From the IMG/VR virus record IMGVR_UViG_3300009502_000026, positions 1 to 64,000 of that record: 64,000 nucleotides of DNA; one strand, 5' to 3'. How positions within the stretch are numbered: the stretch's first letter is position 1; each line of letters starts with the position of its first letter. Below, one piece after another: positions 31,708 to 40,711 of the stretch. Both the position numbers and the translations under genes were made by a program. This DNA comes from a virus. The notes under the pieces were generated by a model, which worked only from the letters and a program-made list of their open reading frames with translations, had not been told where the DNA came from and did not search any database.

Positions 31708-32495
31708 TCCTTCAGCAAGTCCAACACCCCAATGTTCTCAATAGGGACTGGTGTTGCTACATCAATCTTGGACTTGATAATATCACAATAGGAAGGCTCC
31801 TTCTCAATCAGGATGGACTTCCTACCCATCCTCTGAGCTACAATCCCTACAGTCCCACTACCTGCAAAGGGGTCCAATACGGTGTCCCCTACGTCTGTGT
31901 AGACCTCCAGAACACGCTGAACCAAGCTAGGTGGGAAAGCCGCAGGATGCTCGGACCTGATGGAATCTTCTCCAACGGTACTCCAGATTGCCCTCTGACT
32001 GATCTTGCGTGCTCGTATCTCCTGGGCACCCCCACCGATCTTACGGAAGGTGTACAAGTGCTCAAACTCAGGTACAGCCCTGGGTGCCGAGATTGCGTGC
32101 TTACCCCCGGTCACTTTTGCAAAATCCTTCTGCCAGATACGCTGTGCCTGAAGTACCAATCCATGAGCCATCCCAAATGCCCAGTACACCCACCCCATAG
32201 GCATCTCACAAGGTTCCTCAGTACCTAAGATGTCCCTACTAGGAATGATGTCTCCAAAATTGAATACTGCATACCCCCCTCTTACAAGCACTCTCTCTAC
32301 CTCAGACATACAACGGTTCAAGAGGCCAAACAGGACACCAATACGGATGTCCGGTTCGTAGTCTTTCCCAACCCCGTATGGAGGAGACGTGAATACCAGA
32401 TGAACTGATTCTGAAGGGAGGGTAGGCAGGACTTCTTCGAACAACCCACAAAAAACCCGGCATTCAGGTGTCATGCTGGGATCATACCCCAACAA
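31704..32495 (-). CDS. Site-specific DNA methyltransferase (N4-C/N6-A, beta class)
   Basis: FTSPPY catalytic motif precedes HPAAFP and VLDPFAGSGT SAM-binding motif. Confidence 0.92.
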   Translation of the reverse strand: MLGYDPSMTPECRVFCGLFEEVLPTLPSESVHLVFTSPPYGVGKDYEPDIRIGVLFGLLNRCMSEVERVLVRGGYAVFNFGDIIPSRDILGTEEPCEMPMGWVYWAFGMAHGLVLQAQRIWQKDFAKVTGGKHAISAPRAVPEFEHLYTFRKIGGGAQEIRARKISQRAIWSTVGEDSIRSEHPAAFPPSLVQRVLEVYTDVGDTVLDPFAGSGTVGIVAQRMGRKSILIEKEPSYCDIIKSKIDVATPVPIENIGVLDLLKD

Positions 32496-32534
32496 AACGT
32501 AGGCTGATTATTCGTCTACCTACAAACGGACCAA

Positions 32535-33494
32535 CTAACTGATGAGGGTGGAGGCATGAGCCAGAAGTGTGCAAAGCCCCAAAACTATTGGGAAAACAAC
32601 GAAATTACGGGGGGACAAAACGCCCCGGCCGACGCTGGGACCGAAGCTTGATCTAATGCCAACTCCGTACTTAGGCTGAGACACACCACGGATGAACTTG
32701 GTAGTCCTTGCCTTCATCTCCGTGGCCTTATCGAACTGTTGCTCAGCATTCTGCTTCAAGGACTCATACTTGGAGGACTTCTCAATCGAGAGTGAGATGC
32801 CTCCAATGCTGTAGTCAAACTCGTCTGCCGTCCAGTTCATTGCCAGGGAAAAGCAAGCATGGGTGATGGCATTCCACAGGATTGCCGTTCTCCAAATAGG
32901 CTTCTTTGCCACCAAGTCATCAATGGTTCTGAGGTCTTCAGTCTCCGGGGGAAACATGTTCCACCAGTCCATGCTTCTCTCGATGTACTCAGCAAGTTCG
33001 GCATCTTCCCATAGCTGCCCGAAGACCCTGTTGTAAGACCCAATGGTGCCTTCATGCTCTGGGGGACGGAAGCGATAGAACTTGTCAGGAGAGTTTTTCA
33101 ATACATTTTGTGTGCTTACACACACGAATCTGTACCAATCCGCAACAGTGAGATCGTACATATACTGTCGCACCGGGAGAGTTTCTACGGACTTCACTGG
33201 CAGGTAAACGACAGCATCCCCGACAACAGACAACACCATATCACCGGGTTTGAGAGTCTCGGCCGGAACCTTATCCTCCAGGCCCAGCCCAAGGTAGACC
33301 GGGTGGCCTCCGGTCAACACCATGGTTCCTACATCGTTGGTGACAGCAACGATATGCTCCCAAGGAACCTCATTGCGAATGACATTCTCAATGCGTTTCC
33401 ACTCGACGTTGCCATCAGGGGATACCGAACGCACTTTGAGTTTGCCCGTATGGTAAGATGACTTGACCCTCACACGCTGCGCTTCGGTCAACAT
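32535..33494 (-). CDS. Split-intein C-half (IntC 134 aa) fused to the C-extein of a putative neck/head-tail adaptor protein
   Basis: Hint-domain motifs: EWKRI, block B LTGGH, LKPGD, block F MYDLTV, block G VLKN/S; then extein SPDKFYRFRPPEHEG...FDYSIGGISLSIEKS. Confidence 0.85.
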   Translation of the reverse strand: MLTEAQRVRVKSSYHTGKLKVRSVSPDGNVEWKRIENVIRNEVPWEHIVAVTNDVGTMVLTGGHPVYLGLGLEDKVPAETLKPGDMVLSVVGDAVVYLPVKSVETLPVRQYMYDLTVADWYRFVCVSTQNVLKNSPDKFYRFRPPEHEGTIGSYNRVFGQLWEDAELAEYIERSMDWWNMFPPETEDLRTIDDLVAKKPIWRTAILWNAITHACFSLAMNWTADEFDYSIGGISLSIEKSSKYESLKQNAEQQFDKATEMKARTTKFIRGVSQPKYGVGIRSSFGPSVGRGVLSPRNFVVFPIVLGLCTLLAHASTLIS

Positions 33495-34261
33495 TCAAGT
33501 TCCCTCTCAGTCCACACCTTAAACGACCATCCCAGCCTATGGGCTTCTTCTTCAGCTACCCCCAAACGTACCCTGACCTTCTCGTACCCACAATAGGCCG
33601 GGTCCAAAGCATAAGAAGGCTTAACCTCGATCAGGGTATGTGTCCCATTCTGATGGGTAACAATGAAATCCGGTAGGATATGCCAGCCATTGGGCAACGC
33701 CAGGCAGTCCTCAAATACGTAGGATATTACATCATTTAGATGGTCTAACAATTCAGATGCCCGTTTTTCGTAAGATGACCTAACCTTAAATCGCCCTCCC
33801 TTGACAGACTGGACCCATTCTGCCTTCCCATAGGGGTAGTTGAACTCAGGGTGGGATTTGATGAACAACACCCTGTTCCGGGAATACTTTGCCCTCGTAG
33901 ATGGCCTGTCAAAGTTCCCGGCAGCCCACTGTGCTTCCAATTGTCCAGGGCGGGATTTCCCCTTCCATGAACGACCAACACGTACACCCACATCATGCAG
34001 CACCCCCCTAGATGCTGGGTTCCACATAGCCCGGGTGAGCCGCTGGATGCTTCCTTGACCTAGCCCTGTCACGACCATCATGTCTGCCCAGGAAGTTCCC
34101 TGGGAGTGAAGTTCAGTGATGATGTCCCGGCGCACGCCCACAATCTTCTCATTGCCCTTCTTGGGTCGTCCCCTCTTAGCGAACTCTACATAGGTCACAC
34201 CATGCTTCTCCAGCAACGGCACGAGTTTAGGGTGCGGGATGGAAACCTGCATACAAGTCAT
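33488..34261 (-). CDS. Free-standing homing-type endonuclease (N-terminal HTH, C-terminal TnsA-like PD-(D/E)xK)
   Basis: RSSYE...ILPDFIV...LIEVKP..WTE motif; lies between the two split-intein halves; exact start uncertain (34273, 34261 or 34252). Confidence 0.75.
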   Translation of the reverse strand: MTCMQVSIPHPKLVPLLEKHGVTYVEFAKRGRPKKGNEKIVGVRRDIITELHSQGTSWADMMVVTGLGQGSIQRLTRAMWNPASRGVLHDVGVRVGRSWKGKSRPGQLEAQWAAGNFDRPSTRAKYSRNRVLFIKSHPEFNYPYGKAEWVQSVKGGRFKVRSSYEKRASELLDHLNDVISYVFEDCLALPNGWHILPDFIVTHQNGTHTLIEVKPSYALDPAYCGYEKVRVRLGVAEEEAHRLGWSFKVWTERELEC

Positions 34262-34266
34262 CGAAT

Positions 34267-34281
34267 ATAGCACAGAAAACG
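34267..34281 (-). promoter_or_regulatory. Putative late promoter inside the insertion (CGTT-N7-CTAT; overlaps extended -10 TGcTATATT)
   Basis: CGTTTTCTGTGCTAT between the IntN stop and the endonuclease gene. Confidence 0.5.
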
Positions 34282-34302
34282 ATAGTGTTTGTCTGGTGGG
34301 GA

Positions 34303-34791
34303 TTAGCTCGTCACGATGGTGTAAAGATCTTCCAAACTCACGATGATCTTCTCCCCATCAGCATCCACCTCGATAGTCTCCTCTCCTCCGAGACATTGAT
34401 CTCGGAGGAGCAACCGGAGTTTCCCCACCATGTCCAGCATTGCCATGGAGAACGGTGGGACAATCGTGGTGCCTGAGACCACGACTGCCCACTCCTGAAC
34501 AACTTGCTGTGTCTGTGCCCCAGCGAACTCCTGGAAGGTCCACCTGATCCTGTAGTCCCCAGCCGTAGCTGAGACAGGGATCTGGAGGGAGGCATAGTAC
34601 TCCCCTACCGTGGGATGGAGGGGTGCCCTGGTTGCACTCCCAATGAGTACCTCCAGGTGGGACACAGGGTCTACATAGTAGATCGCATACGTGATGCTGA
34701 AGGCATCCGATGGGTTACCCTGTGAGTTGGTAAGGAAGATGTCTAGGTCTCCCCTACCAAGTGTCTGATTTGGTGTGAATACAACACCCAT
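34303..34791 (-). CDS. N-extein of putative neck/adaptor protein fused to a 30-aa IntN
   Basis: 132-aa extein (Ig-like GEYYA..GDYRIRW) then intein block A CLGGEETIEV...VSLEDLYTIVTS and TAA. Confidence 0.85.
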   Translation of the reverse strand: MGVVFTPNQTLGRGDLDIFLTNSQGNPSDAFSITYAIYYVDPVSHLEVLIGSATRAPLHPTVGEYYASLQIPVSATAGDYRIRWTFQEFAGAQTQQVVQEWAVVVSGTTIVPPFSMAMLDMVGKLRLLLRDQCLGGEETIEVDADGEKIIVSLEDLYTIVTS

Positions 34792-34809
34792 GGCTACACC
34801 TTTGAAGGG

Positions 34810-35820
34810 TTACTTACCACCCTTGCCCCCGCCATCCCCACCATCCTTACCGCCACCATCCCCACCACCAGTAGGAGTGGAGGTCGTGGAGGTATACGGA
34901 GACGATGTGAAGCCACCGTCAATGAGGAAGATATCGTTGAGACATGCCTCAAAGGACCCACCAGTAAGGGCTTCACTATTGGAGAGCATGAACCCAACAT
35001 GTGTGTATGGGTCCCTACCGTCCCCTGTGAGAGATACATCCAGGGACCTGAAGAGGACCCAATCCTGTGGGAGGCTGTCCGAACTAGATGTACCGTAGTA
35101 CCACTCAATGAGGGTGCCTTCCACCCGAAGCTTCAGGTATGTGGACCCTGGCTGTACCACACCCGTGGCACTAAGGCTACCAATGGACCCAGCCTCCGTA
35201 GCAGCTACCAACATACCCCCACCTACCCCTAGCCAAATCACATGCTTGGCTACGAGGTCTTGTGCTCCACGCCAGGCAAGGAACTGGATGGTAGAGGTAG
35301 GATCTCCATTAACGATAGTCATCAGCCGGATAGCCACAGAAAAGTGCCACTTATCCACAGAGTCAAGACTCACGTAGAAACGTGGCCCATCGAACGTAGT
35401 CCCCAAAGCTACAGCACCTTCAGGAAGGCCCAAATGAAACCCTGTGCCGTCCACACCAACCGTGGCACCGGACACAGTTCCAGGGTCCACGAACACTCCC
35501 GTAGACTGCCAGAAGTCTGGGGAGGACGCAGGGGGGAACCCCTTCTGAGAACCCTTTGTGAAGATGCTGATGTAGAGTTCCAGCAACCCATCATTGTTGA
35601 GGGAATACACTAGGTCCCCTGGGGAATAGTCAGTGTTGGTATCCCACTGACCCTTCAGGAAACCAAGCTTGTTGGAAACAAGGGAGCGGTACCGTGTACC
35701 ATCAATGGCATACCTGGCCTTTGTACCCTCAGCCGCTAGAGCCCCACTCAAGGTGCCATCTGGAGTCTCCAGGGACATCCTGACCATCCTGCTTGTACTA
35801 CCGGAACCACCGTCACCCAT
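34810..35820 (-). CDS. Virion-associated beta-sandwich (lectin-like) protein with Gly-rich tail
   Basis: WDTNTDYSPGDLV (CBM5/12-like), YLKLRVEG..WYY..W (ConA-like), terminal GGGDGGGKDGG. Confidence 0.5.
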   Translation of the reverse strand: MGDGGSGSTSRMVRMSLETPDGTLSGALAAEGTKARYAIDGTRYRSLVSNKLGFLKGQWDTNTDYSPGDLVYSLNNDGLLELYISIFTKGSQKGFPPASSPDFWQSTGVFVDPGTVSGATVGVDGTGFHLGLPEGAVALGTTFDGPRFYVSLDSVDKWHFSVAIRLMTIVNGDPTSTIQFLAWRGAQDLVAKHVIWLGVGGGMLVAATEAGSIGSLSATGVVQPGSTYLKLRVEGTLIEWYYGTSSSDSLPQDWVLFRSLDVSLTGDGRDPYTHVGFMLSNSEALTGGSFEACLNDIFLIDGGFTSSPYTSTTSTPTGGGDGGGKDGGDGGGKGGK

Positions 35821-35824
35821 GGTA

Positions 35825-36121
35825 CTACCCTCTTGTCTGGGACTCTATCCACTGTAAGCAAGTATCAACTAGGTAGCAGAACCCGGCTGAGGCCAATGCG
35901 AACACCACAGCATGGAGGGGTACCCTCCAGAGGGGTACCCTTCCCCACTGTCCTAGAAGGTATAACACCATCCAGGTGAACCACCCGCTATGGAAGCCAG
36001 TGCAGTAGGAGCATTGGAAAAGAGACTTCAGGAACTTCCCACGGTGCAGGAATAGGGTCTTGTTCTGAAGCCCGAAACAGACACCATACGCTACAAGGAG
36101 TGGGAACAGTGACAGTGACAT
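35825..36121 (-). CDS. Small membrane protein (DUF1360-like)
   Basis: Hydrophobic; CSYCTGF motif. Confidence 0.55.
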   Translation of the reverse strand: MSLSLFPLLVAYGVCFGLQNKTLFLHRGKFLKSLFQCSYCTGFHSGWFTWMVLYLLGQWGRVPLWRVPLHAVVFALASAGFCYLVDTCLQWIESQTRG

Positions 36122-36134
36122 CTACCCCTTGCCT

Positions 36135-36371
36135 TCAGGGGGCTCTCCAGAACTGAGTGACTCCCGTTGGGAGTGGTGCCCCTGTGACCGCATTGGTAGA
36201 AGTCCAGGACACCATTCCCTGGGGACCTACACCCTCAAAGGCATAGGTCACAGACGGCGTACCGCCATCAGGTCCCGGGAATAGCCCTGAATATCGGTAG
36301 GTGCCATGAGCACGGTAGGTGCAATCCGTAGCTGGAAGAACACCTGGAAATTCACCATCGTAGGTGGTCAC
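36135..36371 (-). CDS. Small fibre-cassette protein (cassette 4)
   Basis: GTG start overlapping the upstream TGA; VTY.FEG..WTST..P.GVT.FWRA nearly collinear with the 46542 ORF. Confidence 0.7.
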   Translation of the reverse strand: MTTYDGEFPGVLPATDCTYRAHGTYRYSGLFPGPDGGTPSVTYAFEGVGPQGMVSWTSTNAVTGAPLPTGVTQFWRAP

Positions 36372-37390
36372 TGGAGGTCCGTCCCGTCCCATACTAGGGA
36401 CCAATACCCAAGGTTGATGTAATGGATATCCCCCTGTGACAGGTGTGTTGCGTACCCTGGTGTAGTCGTGGGTGCCCTGAAAAACGTACTCATCCCCTTA
36501 TAGGAGTTAGCCCTTTCACTGAATCCCCACCCATCTGCCCTGTAGGCAATCCAAGGAACGGGGATAGCAACATATTTGTTGGGGAAATACATGTGGATAA
36601 TAGTCAAGTCCCCACCCCAGACACCCCAATCCCCATTCCAGCCATAGGGCCTACCCCTACCAACACACCCATTGGCAGAGTTGAACCAACACTTTCCATT
36701 GTGACCCCCGGGATCGGAGTCACCCGCCACCTGACGCCGGAATACATTACCTCCAGTAAGATCACCTGTGTCAGCAAACGACGCTTTCACTACATACTTG
36801 TCCCCAGTGTCTACTGAGCACGTCTCAGTTACAGGGTCCAAATGGATCAGGGTGTGAGAGTAGTTTGCCACTAGGGAGGCATAGCAGTGACAGTAGAATC
36901 CCTGTGGGTCTGTATCCTGCCCGACCGCTGCCATGTAAAATGAAGACCCGTCTGCCAGAAACAACTGCCCATCGCACATGAGCAAGTTAGTGCCGGGTGT
37001 GTAGGTAGGTGGAGTTGTTTCCGTTCCAGTATCTAGCACCCCACTCTTGAGGTACTGGATTGTCCACTGACTCCGGTCGGTTGTGCTCTTCCTGATGAAA
37101 AGCAATGTCTGTGTAGGGGACGTTCCAGCATGGCGAATCGCCACATAGGGGAGAGTACCCACAGTCTCCAGGATTGTAGTCAGCGTAGCAAGGTCTGCGG
37201 GTACAACAACCTGACCCCCAGGACCGCCCGTGCTTGCACTGACGAAGACCCAGCCGCAAGCACCAGTGCTTGCTGGTCTTTGAGCCTGGTCAGACAGAAA
37301 CCAGCACAAGTTAGCAATGACTTGTGCCCCGTTGGACACAAGAGAGCTACCATGGAGAGTATCAAATGGGTGAAGGAACTTGAAAGCCAT
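36368..37390 (-). CDS. ~340-aa Trp/Gly-rich fibre-associated paralog (cassette 4)
   Basis: YKGMSTFF and terminal LVWDG shared with five paralogs. Confidence 0.7.
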   Translation of the reverse strand: MAFKFLHPFDTLHGSSLVSNGAQVIANLCWFLSDQAQRPASTGACGWVFVSASTGGPGGQVVVPADLATLTTILETVGTLPYVAIRHAGTSPTQTLLFIRKSTTDRSQWTIQYLKSGVLDTGTETTPPTYTPGTNLLMCDGQLFLADGSSFYMAAVGQDTDPQGFYCHCYASLVANYSHTLIHLDPVTETCSVDTGDKYVVKASFADTGDLTGGNVFRRQVAGDSDPGGHNGKCWFNSANGCVGRGRPYGWNGDWGVWGGDLTIIHMYFPNKYVAIPVPWIAYRADGWGFSERANSYKGMSTFFRAPTTTPGYATHLSQGDIHYINLGYWSLVWDGTDLQ

Positions 37391-37398
37391 AGAGACTC

Positions 37399-37935
37399 CT
37401 AGGGGGGTGTGGGCATGTGGGCATACGAAACGTTGATGTTCGAAGCACAGTAGAGAGTCCCACCCCCTGTGATGGATTCACAGAACAGGGCTATCCTCAT
37501 GGTGGCGGAAGGCTCAACCCATACGCTGTAGGGAGCAAGGGTGTCACTGACCACGGGCCCAGGGATCGCAAGCAAGTCACCCGTGTCCACATTCCGAAAA
37601 CTCAGGACGGCTCCGTCAACATCAGCAACAGAGATGCGAGCCAGGACTTCCAAGATGTAGTTCGTGGTGAAACCTGTCTTCACGAACTGGGACGGGTCTA
37701 GCAGTATGATGTCTGACACCCGGGTAGGCGTGGCAGGTGCCGAGGACACACCACTACCCAGTAGGAGAACGGATGGACCTGGATCACCCGCTGGACCTGG
37801 ATCACCCGCTGGACCTGGATCACCCGCTGGACCTGGATCACCCGCTGGACCTGGATCACCCGCTGGACCTGGATCACCCGCTGGACCTGGAGGGCCTGGA
37901 GGTCCCCCTGCGGTTAGAGGACTGAAGATAGGCAT
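37399..37935 (-). CDS. Short collagen-like fibre protein with shared C-terminal domain
   Basis: GPP/GPAGDP repeats then SVL.LGSG.S..P...RVSDI...IALFC.SI.GGGTLY domain. Confidence 0.8.
   Translation of the reverse strand: MPIFSPLTAGGPPGPPGPAGDPGPAGDPGPAGDPGPAGDPGPAGDPGPAGDPGPSVLLLGSGVSSAPATPTRVSDIILLDPSQFVKTGFTTNYILEVLARISVADVDGAVLSFRNVDTGDLLAIPGPVVSDTLAPYSVWVEPSATMRIALFCESITGGGTLYCASNINVSYAHMPTPP
37774..37890. repeat. Perfect 18-bp tandem repeat, 6.5 copies
   Basis: TGGACCTGGATCACCCGC x6 plus a half unit; encodes GPAGDP. Confidence 0.95.
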
Positions 37936-38334
37936 TTAGGTACCCTCGGAAACCTGGGCATCCCCAGAGCCACCCACAACATCCTCCCAAACACCATGAA
38001 CTACACCAACGTAGACAGGTGATGGAAACTCATAGTACATCTGATGCCCCAGGGGCACCTTGAAACTCAGGTTGGTTGCACCCGTGCCGAACTTCACATA
38101 AAGGATCGAGTTTGTGGACGCATTGTAGATGGAGGCACTCTTACGGTTTGGGTTTGCAGCTAGAAGCTGCACATCCACAGTAGAATGACCTACAACAGTG
38201 AGACCCTCCAAGGTAGGGGCTGCAAGGCACTCTACAGGGAGAGGATTATCCCTGGTAATTGGATTGCCATCAACATCAACCAATACCTCTGCTTCACCTG
38301 GAATGGGCATTGTCGCATCCTCTGCCGTGACCAT
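37936..38334 (-). CDS. Small beta-rich virion protein
   Basis: LLAANPNRK..IYN..LYVKFG motif reminiscent of phage jelly-roll decoration proteins. Confidence 0.55.
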   Translation of the reverse strand: MVTAEDATMPIPGEAEVLVDVDGNPITRDNPLPVECLAAPTLEGLTVVGHSTVDVQLLAANPNRKSASIYNASTNSILYVKFGTGATNLSFKVPLGHQMYYEFPSPVYVGVVHGVWEDVVGGSGDAQVSEGT

Positions 38335-38346
38335 GGGTGGCTAGAG

Positions 38347-38685
38347 TCACCCTGCCACCTTTTCTACAAGTCGAATGCCTGTGACACCGGGGGGGCCGTG
38401 TGAACCGGACCTATCCGAATCTGTCCAGACAACGGAAGACCCTGACACATAACCTGTCAGAACATACAGATAAGCGACTGACCCACTCTGAGAGAAGGGA
38501 ATAGTATAGTGTGTAAAGGGGTCAGTTGGAGCACTGACGTTAAATGTCCCAAAATGAGCTTCGTAGGGGACTTTGTAGGGTGAGAGGGATACGGGAAGCT
38601 CCGACACAGAAGTATTCGGAGTCGGGGTCTGGTAATGCAGACTTGACGGAGTGAACGCATCGCTGAGAAGTGTTACATCACCCAT
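38347..38685 (-). CDS. Small fibre-cassette protein (cassette 3)
   Basis: TGATG overlap with the upstream gene; YVLTG..WTD..PPGVT similar to the other small cassette genes. Confidence 0.65.
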   Translation of the reverse strand: MGDVTLLSDAFTPSSLHYQTPTPNTSVSELPVSLSPYKVPYEAHFGTFNVSAPTDPFTHYTIPFSQSGSVAYLYVLTGYVSGSSVVWTDSDRSGSHGPPGVTGIRLVEKVAG

Positions 38686-39671
38686 CAGTAGATCGGGTCA
38701 ATCCCGCCCCATGGAAGCCAGAAGTCACCCATTGCAATCAGGTTCTTGGTCCCACCATTCTCGTCAGCAGTGGCCCCCTGGAAGATCGGGGTGTTGTACT
38801 GCATCCTGAAGAGATGGCTCATTCCCTTGTATGGATACCGGAGCTTGTCAACCATCTTGGGCTGACCATCGGGGGGCATGGGGAAGACATACCAGGACTC
38901 ACAGCCACCATTGTAGTCCCCATTGGGTACCCACCCCATCCAGAGACCTGGAATCGTGGTAGCTACACCATTGACACTGGTACGACCCCCAATAGAGCCA
39001 TACTGTGTGTTGGTACGCCCGATCATGTACTGGTATCTGAGGGTGATGTAAAGCCCGTTATCGTAGGTCTTCCAATAGGCATGGTGAAGAATGTAGGGAT
39101 TGGTGTCCCAATTGAAGATGGGAGTCCCCTTGTCCAGGCCAAAGAAGAAGAGAGGATTACCCCCCAGGTAGAGAGGCCACCCACTCATCCAGAAACAGTA
39201 ACCCTCAGCAGCATCACCTACCACTGCATGGAAACGATAGGTCCCATTGTCAGGGATCAACCGCCAATCCCAGTTGGTGGAATCGGACCACATATCCCCA
39301 TCCGTGGCAGTGGGTACCTCAGTGGGAGAACCCCCAGTGACGAACCCAGCGGACAGAGACCAGTAGACCTTGAAGGTGTTGTAATTGTATGGGTAGTGGT
39401 AGACAAGGAACTCAAACTTGTTCCCATACGAATCTGTAGGCATCCTGAAACGAATCCAGGAATTGTTGTTGTTGAACCCCAAGGCACCAGGCTTCCAGGT
39501 ACTTACAGGACCGGGGACAATAGTGCCATCCACTGTATTCCCCCAGCCATTAACACCATCCCCAGATCCAACCTGAGTCCAGCCCGCTGCAACAAGACGT
39601 TCGAATAGCAGCCACCAGGCATGGAAGCAATCCGTAGGGTTCTTGTTGGTGTTTGTTGTATCCCAAGCCAT
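38685..39671 (-). CDS. ~330-aa Trp/Gly-rich fibre-associated paralog (cassette 3)
   Basis: GW.Q.GSG.G, YCFWMSGW, YKGMSH, FWLPWGG; close paralog of 39687. Confidence 0.75.
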   Translation of the reverse strand: MAWDTTNTNKNPTDCFHAWWLLFERLVAAGWTQVGSGDGVNGWGNTVDGTIVPGPVSTWKPGALGFNNNNSWIRFRMPTDSYGNKFEFLVYHYPYNYNTFKVYWSLSAGFVTGGSPTEVPTATDGDMWSDSTNWDWRLIPDNGTYRFHAVVGDAAEGYCFWMSGWPLYLGGNPLFFFGLDKGTPIFNWDTNPYILHHAYWKTYDNGLYITLRYQYMIGRTNTQYGSIGGRTSVNGVATTIPGLWMGWVPNGDYNGGCESWYVFPMPPDGQPKMVDKLRYPYKGMSHLFRMQYNTPIFQGATADENGGTKNLIAMGDFWLPWGGIDPIY

Positions 39672-39686
39672 TGTCCTACCTCACCC

Positions 39687-40703
39687 TCACATCACCGGGT
39701 CGGAACCGTTCCAAGGAAGCCAGAATTCGTGTAGAAGCATCCAGTTCTTGGTGCCACCATCCATGTTGGCAGTTGCCCCTGTTGGGAGAGTGCCAGACAT
39801 GAGAAGTCTGAACATGGTACCGACACCCTTTGTGGTGTAATGACACTCCAAAGCCTGATCAGGTGTTCCCGGAGGGAGTGCTGGGTACGTGTACCTGGCA
39901 CCGTACAGGCCGTAGATGTTCCCATCGGCGTAGTACATGGGAACCAGGATAGGCAGGTAGGTCATGGTCCCTGGCAGGGTGCTGGTCCTACCCATGAGGG
40001 TCTGACCCATCACGTTGCAGTTGTCGTGATGTGCAGCGTTCATGCCTAGGTGCCTGTAGGCAGTCAAAATGCACGGGTTATCCGCCCAGCCGTTGTGTAT
40101 TCCCCTCTCGCCCACATGGAAGACGTAGGGGAACGTGTCTCCTGCCAGACGGGTGCTGTCAGCAAGCTTGTCCAGCCCAAAGAAGAACAGGGGCCGATCA
40201 CCAACGAACACGTACCAACCACTCATCCAGAAGCAGTAGCCTTCATCAGCCCCACCAGCCACGACATGCTGCCGATAGGTCCCTGGCCCAGGGAGGAAGG
40301 TGTAGTTCGTTGGGTAGAGACGACGGACTTCATCCGTTGCACTGGGTCGAATGGTCACATCAGGAGTACCCGAAACAAAGCGGTCAAAGGGTGACCAGTA
40401 CAGGTACCAATTGCAACTATCCCCGCCACGCTGGATGATGATCTCAATCCTGTTGCCGTCAGCATCACCTTCATCAGGGACAGGCATTGCCAACCGAACC
40501 CAACTACCATCCGTATGGTAGTCAGCCGCACTTGCTACAGGGCCGGGTACAACGGTGCCACCATTGGCAGTGTTGGCCCATGTGGCACCGTTACCAGAAC
40601 CCTTCTGAATCCAACCAACGTTCTTGAGTGCAGAAACGAGGTTCCACATGGTCTCGTAGCTGTCAGCGGGAAACAGATTGGCGTAATCAAAGTTCCAGGC
40701 CAT
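39687..40703 (-). CDS. ~340-aa Trp/Gly-rich fibre-associated paralog (cassette 3)
   Basis: GWIQKGSGNG, EGYCFWMSGW, PLFFFGLDK, TKG, FWLPWNG. Confidence 0.75.
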   Translation of the reverse strand: MAWNFDYANLFPADSYETMWNLVSALKNVGWIQKGSGNGATWANTANGGTVVPGPVASAADYHTDGSWVRLAMPVPDEGDADGNRIEIIIQRGGDSCNWYLYWSPFDRFVSGTPDVTIRPSATDEVRRLYPTNYTFLPGPGTYRQHVVAGGADEGYCFWMSGWYVFVGDRPLFFFGLDKLADSTRLAGDTFPYVFHVGERGIHNGWADNPCILTAYRHLGMNAAHHDNCNVMGQTLMGRTSTLPGTMTYLPILVPMYYADGNIYGLYGARYTYPALPPGTPDQALECHYTTKGVGTMFRLLMSGTLPTGATANMDGGTKNWMLLHEFWLPWNGSDPVM

Positions 40704-40711
40704 GACTTCCC

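Larger units (their letters stand above)
33093..34395 (-). mobile_element. Split intein plus endonuclease insertion (fractured gene)
   Basis: Runs from the IntN Cys1 codon (34395-34393) to the IntC terminal Asn codon (33095-33093); removal joins ...LLLRDQ to SPDKFY.... Confidence 0.8.

Noticed and set aside
33488-34273. Tn7-like transposon suggested by the TnsA-like nuclease
   Set aside because: No TnsB/C/D or terminal repeats seen; position between intein halves fits a homing endonuclease.
32535-34791. Single contiguous endonuclease-containing intein broken by sequencing errors
   Set aside because: Would need a stop and two frameshifts to be errors. The split lies right after block A rather than at the usual endonuclease insertion point, and the gap carries a promoter motif.
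34794-35108. 104-aa alternative-frame ORF
   Set aside because: Almost entirely inside 34810-35820, with no motif support.
37774-37890. Possible CRISPR array
   Set aside because: Head-to-tail repeats without spacers, in frame in a collagen gene; no cas genes seen.
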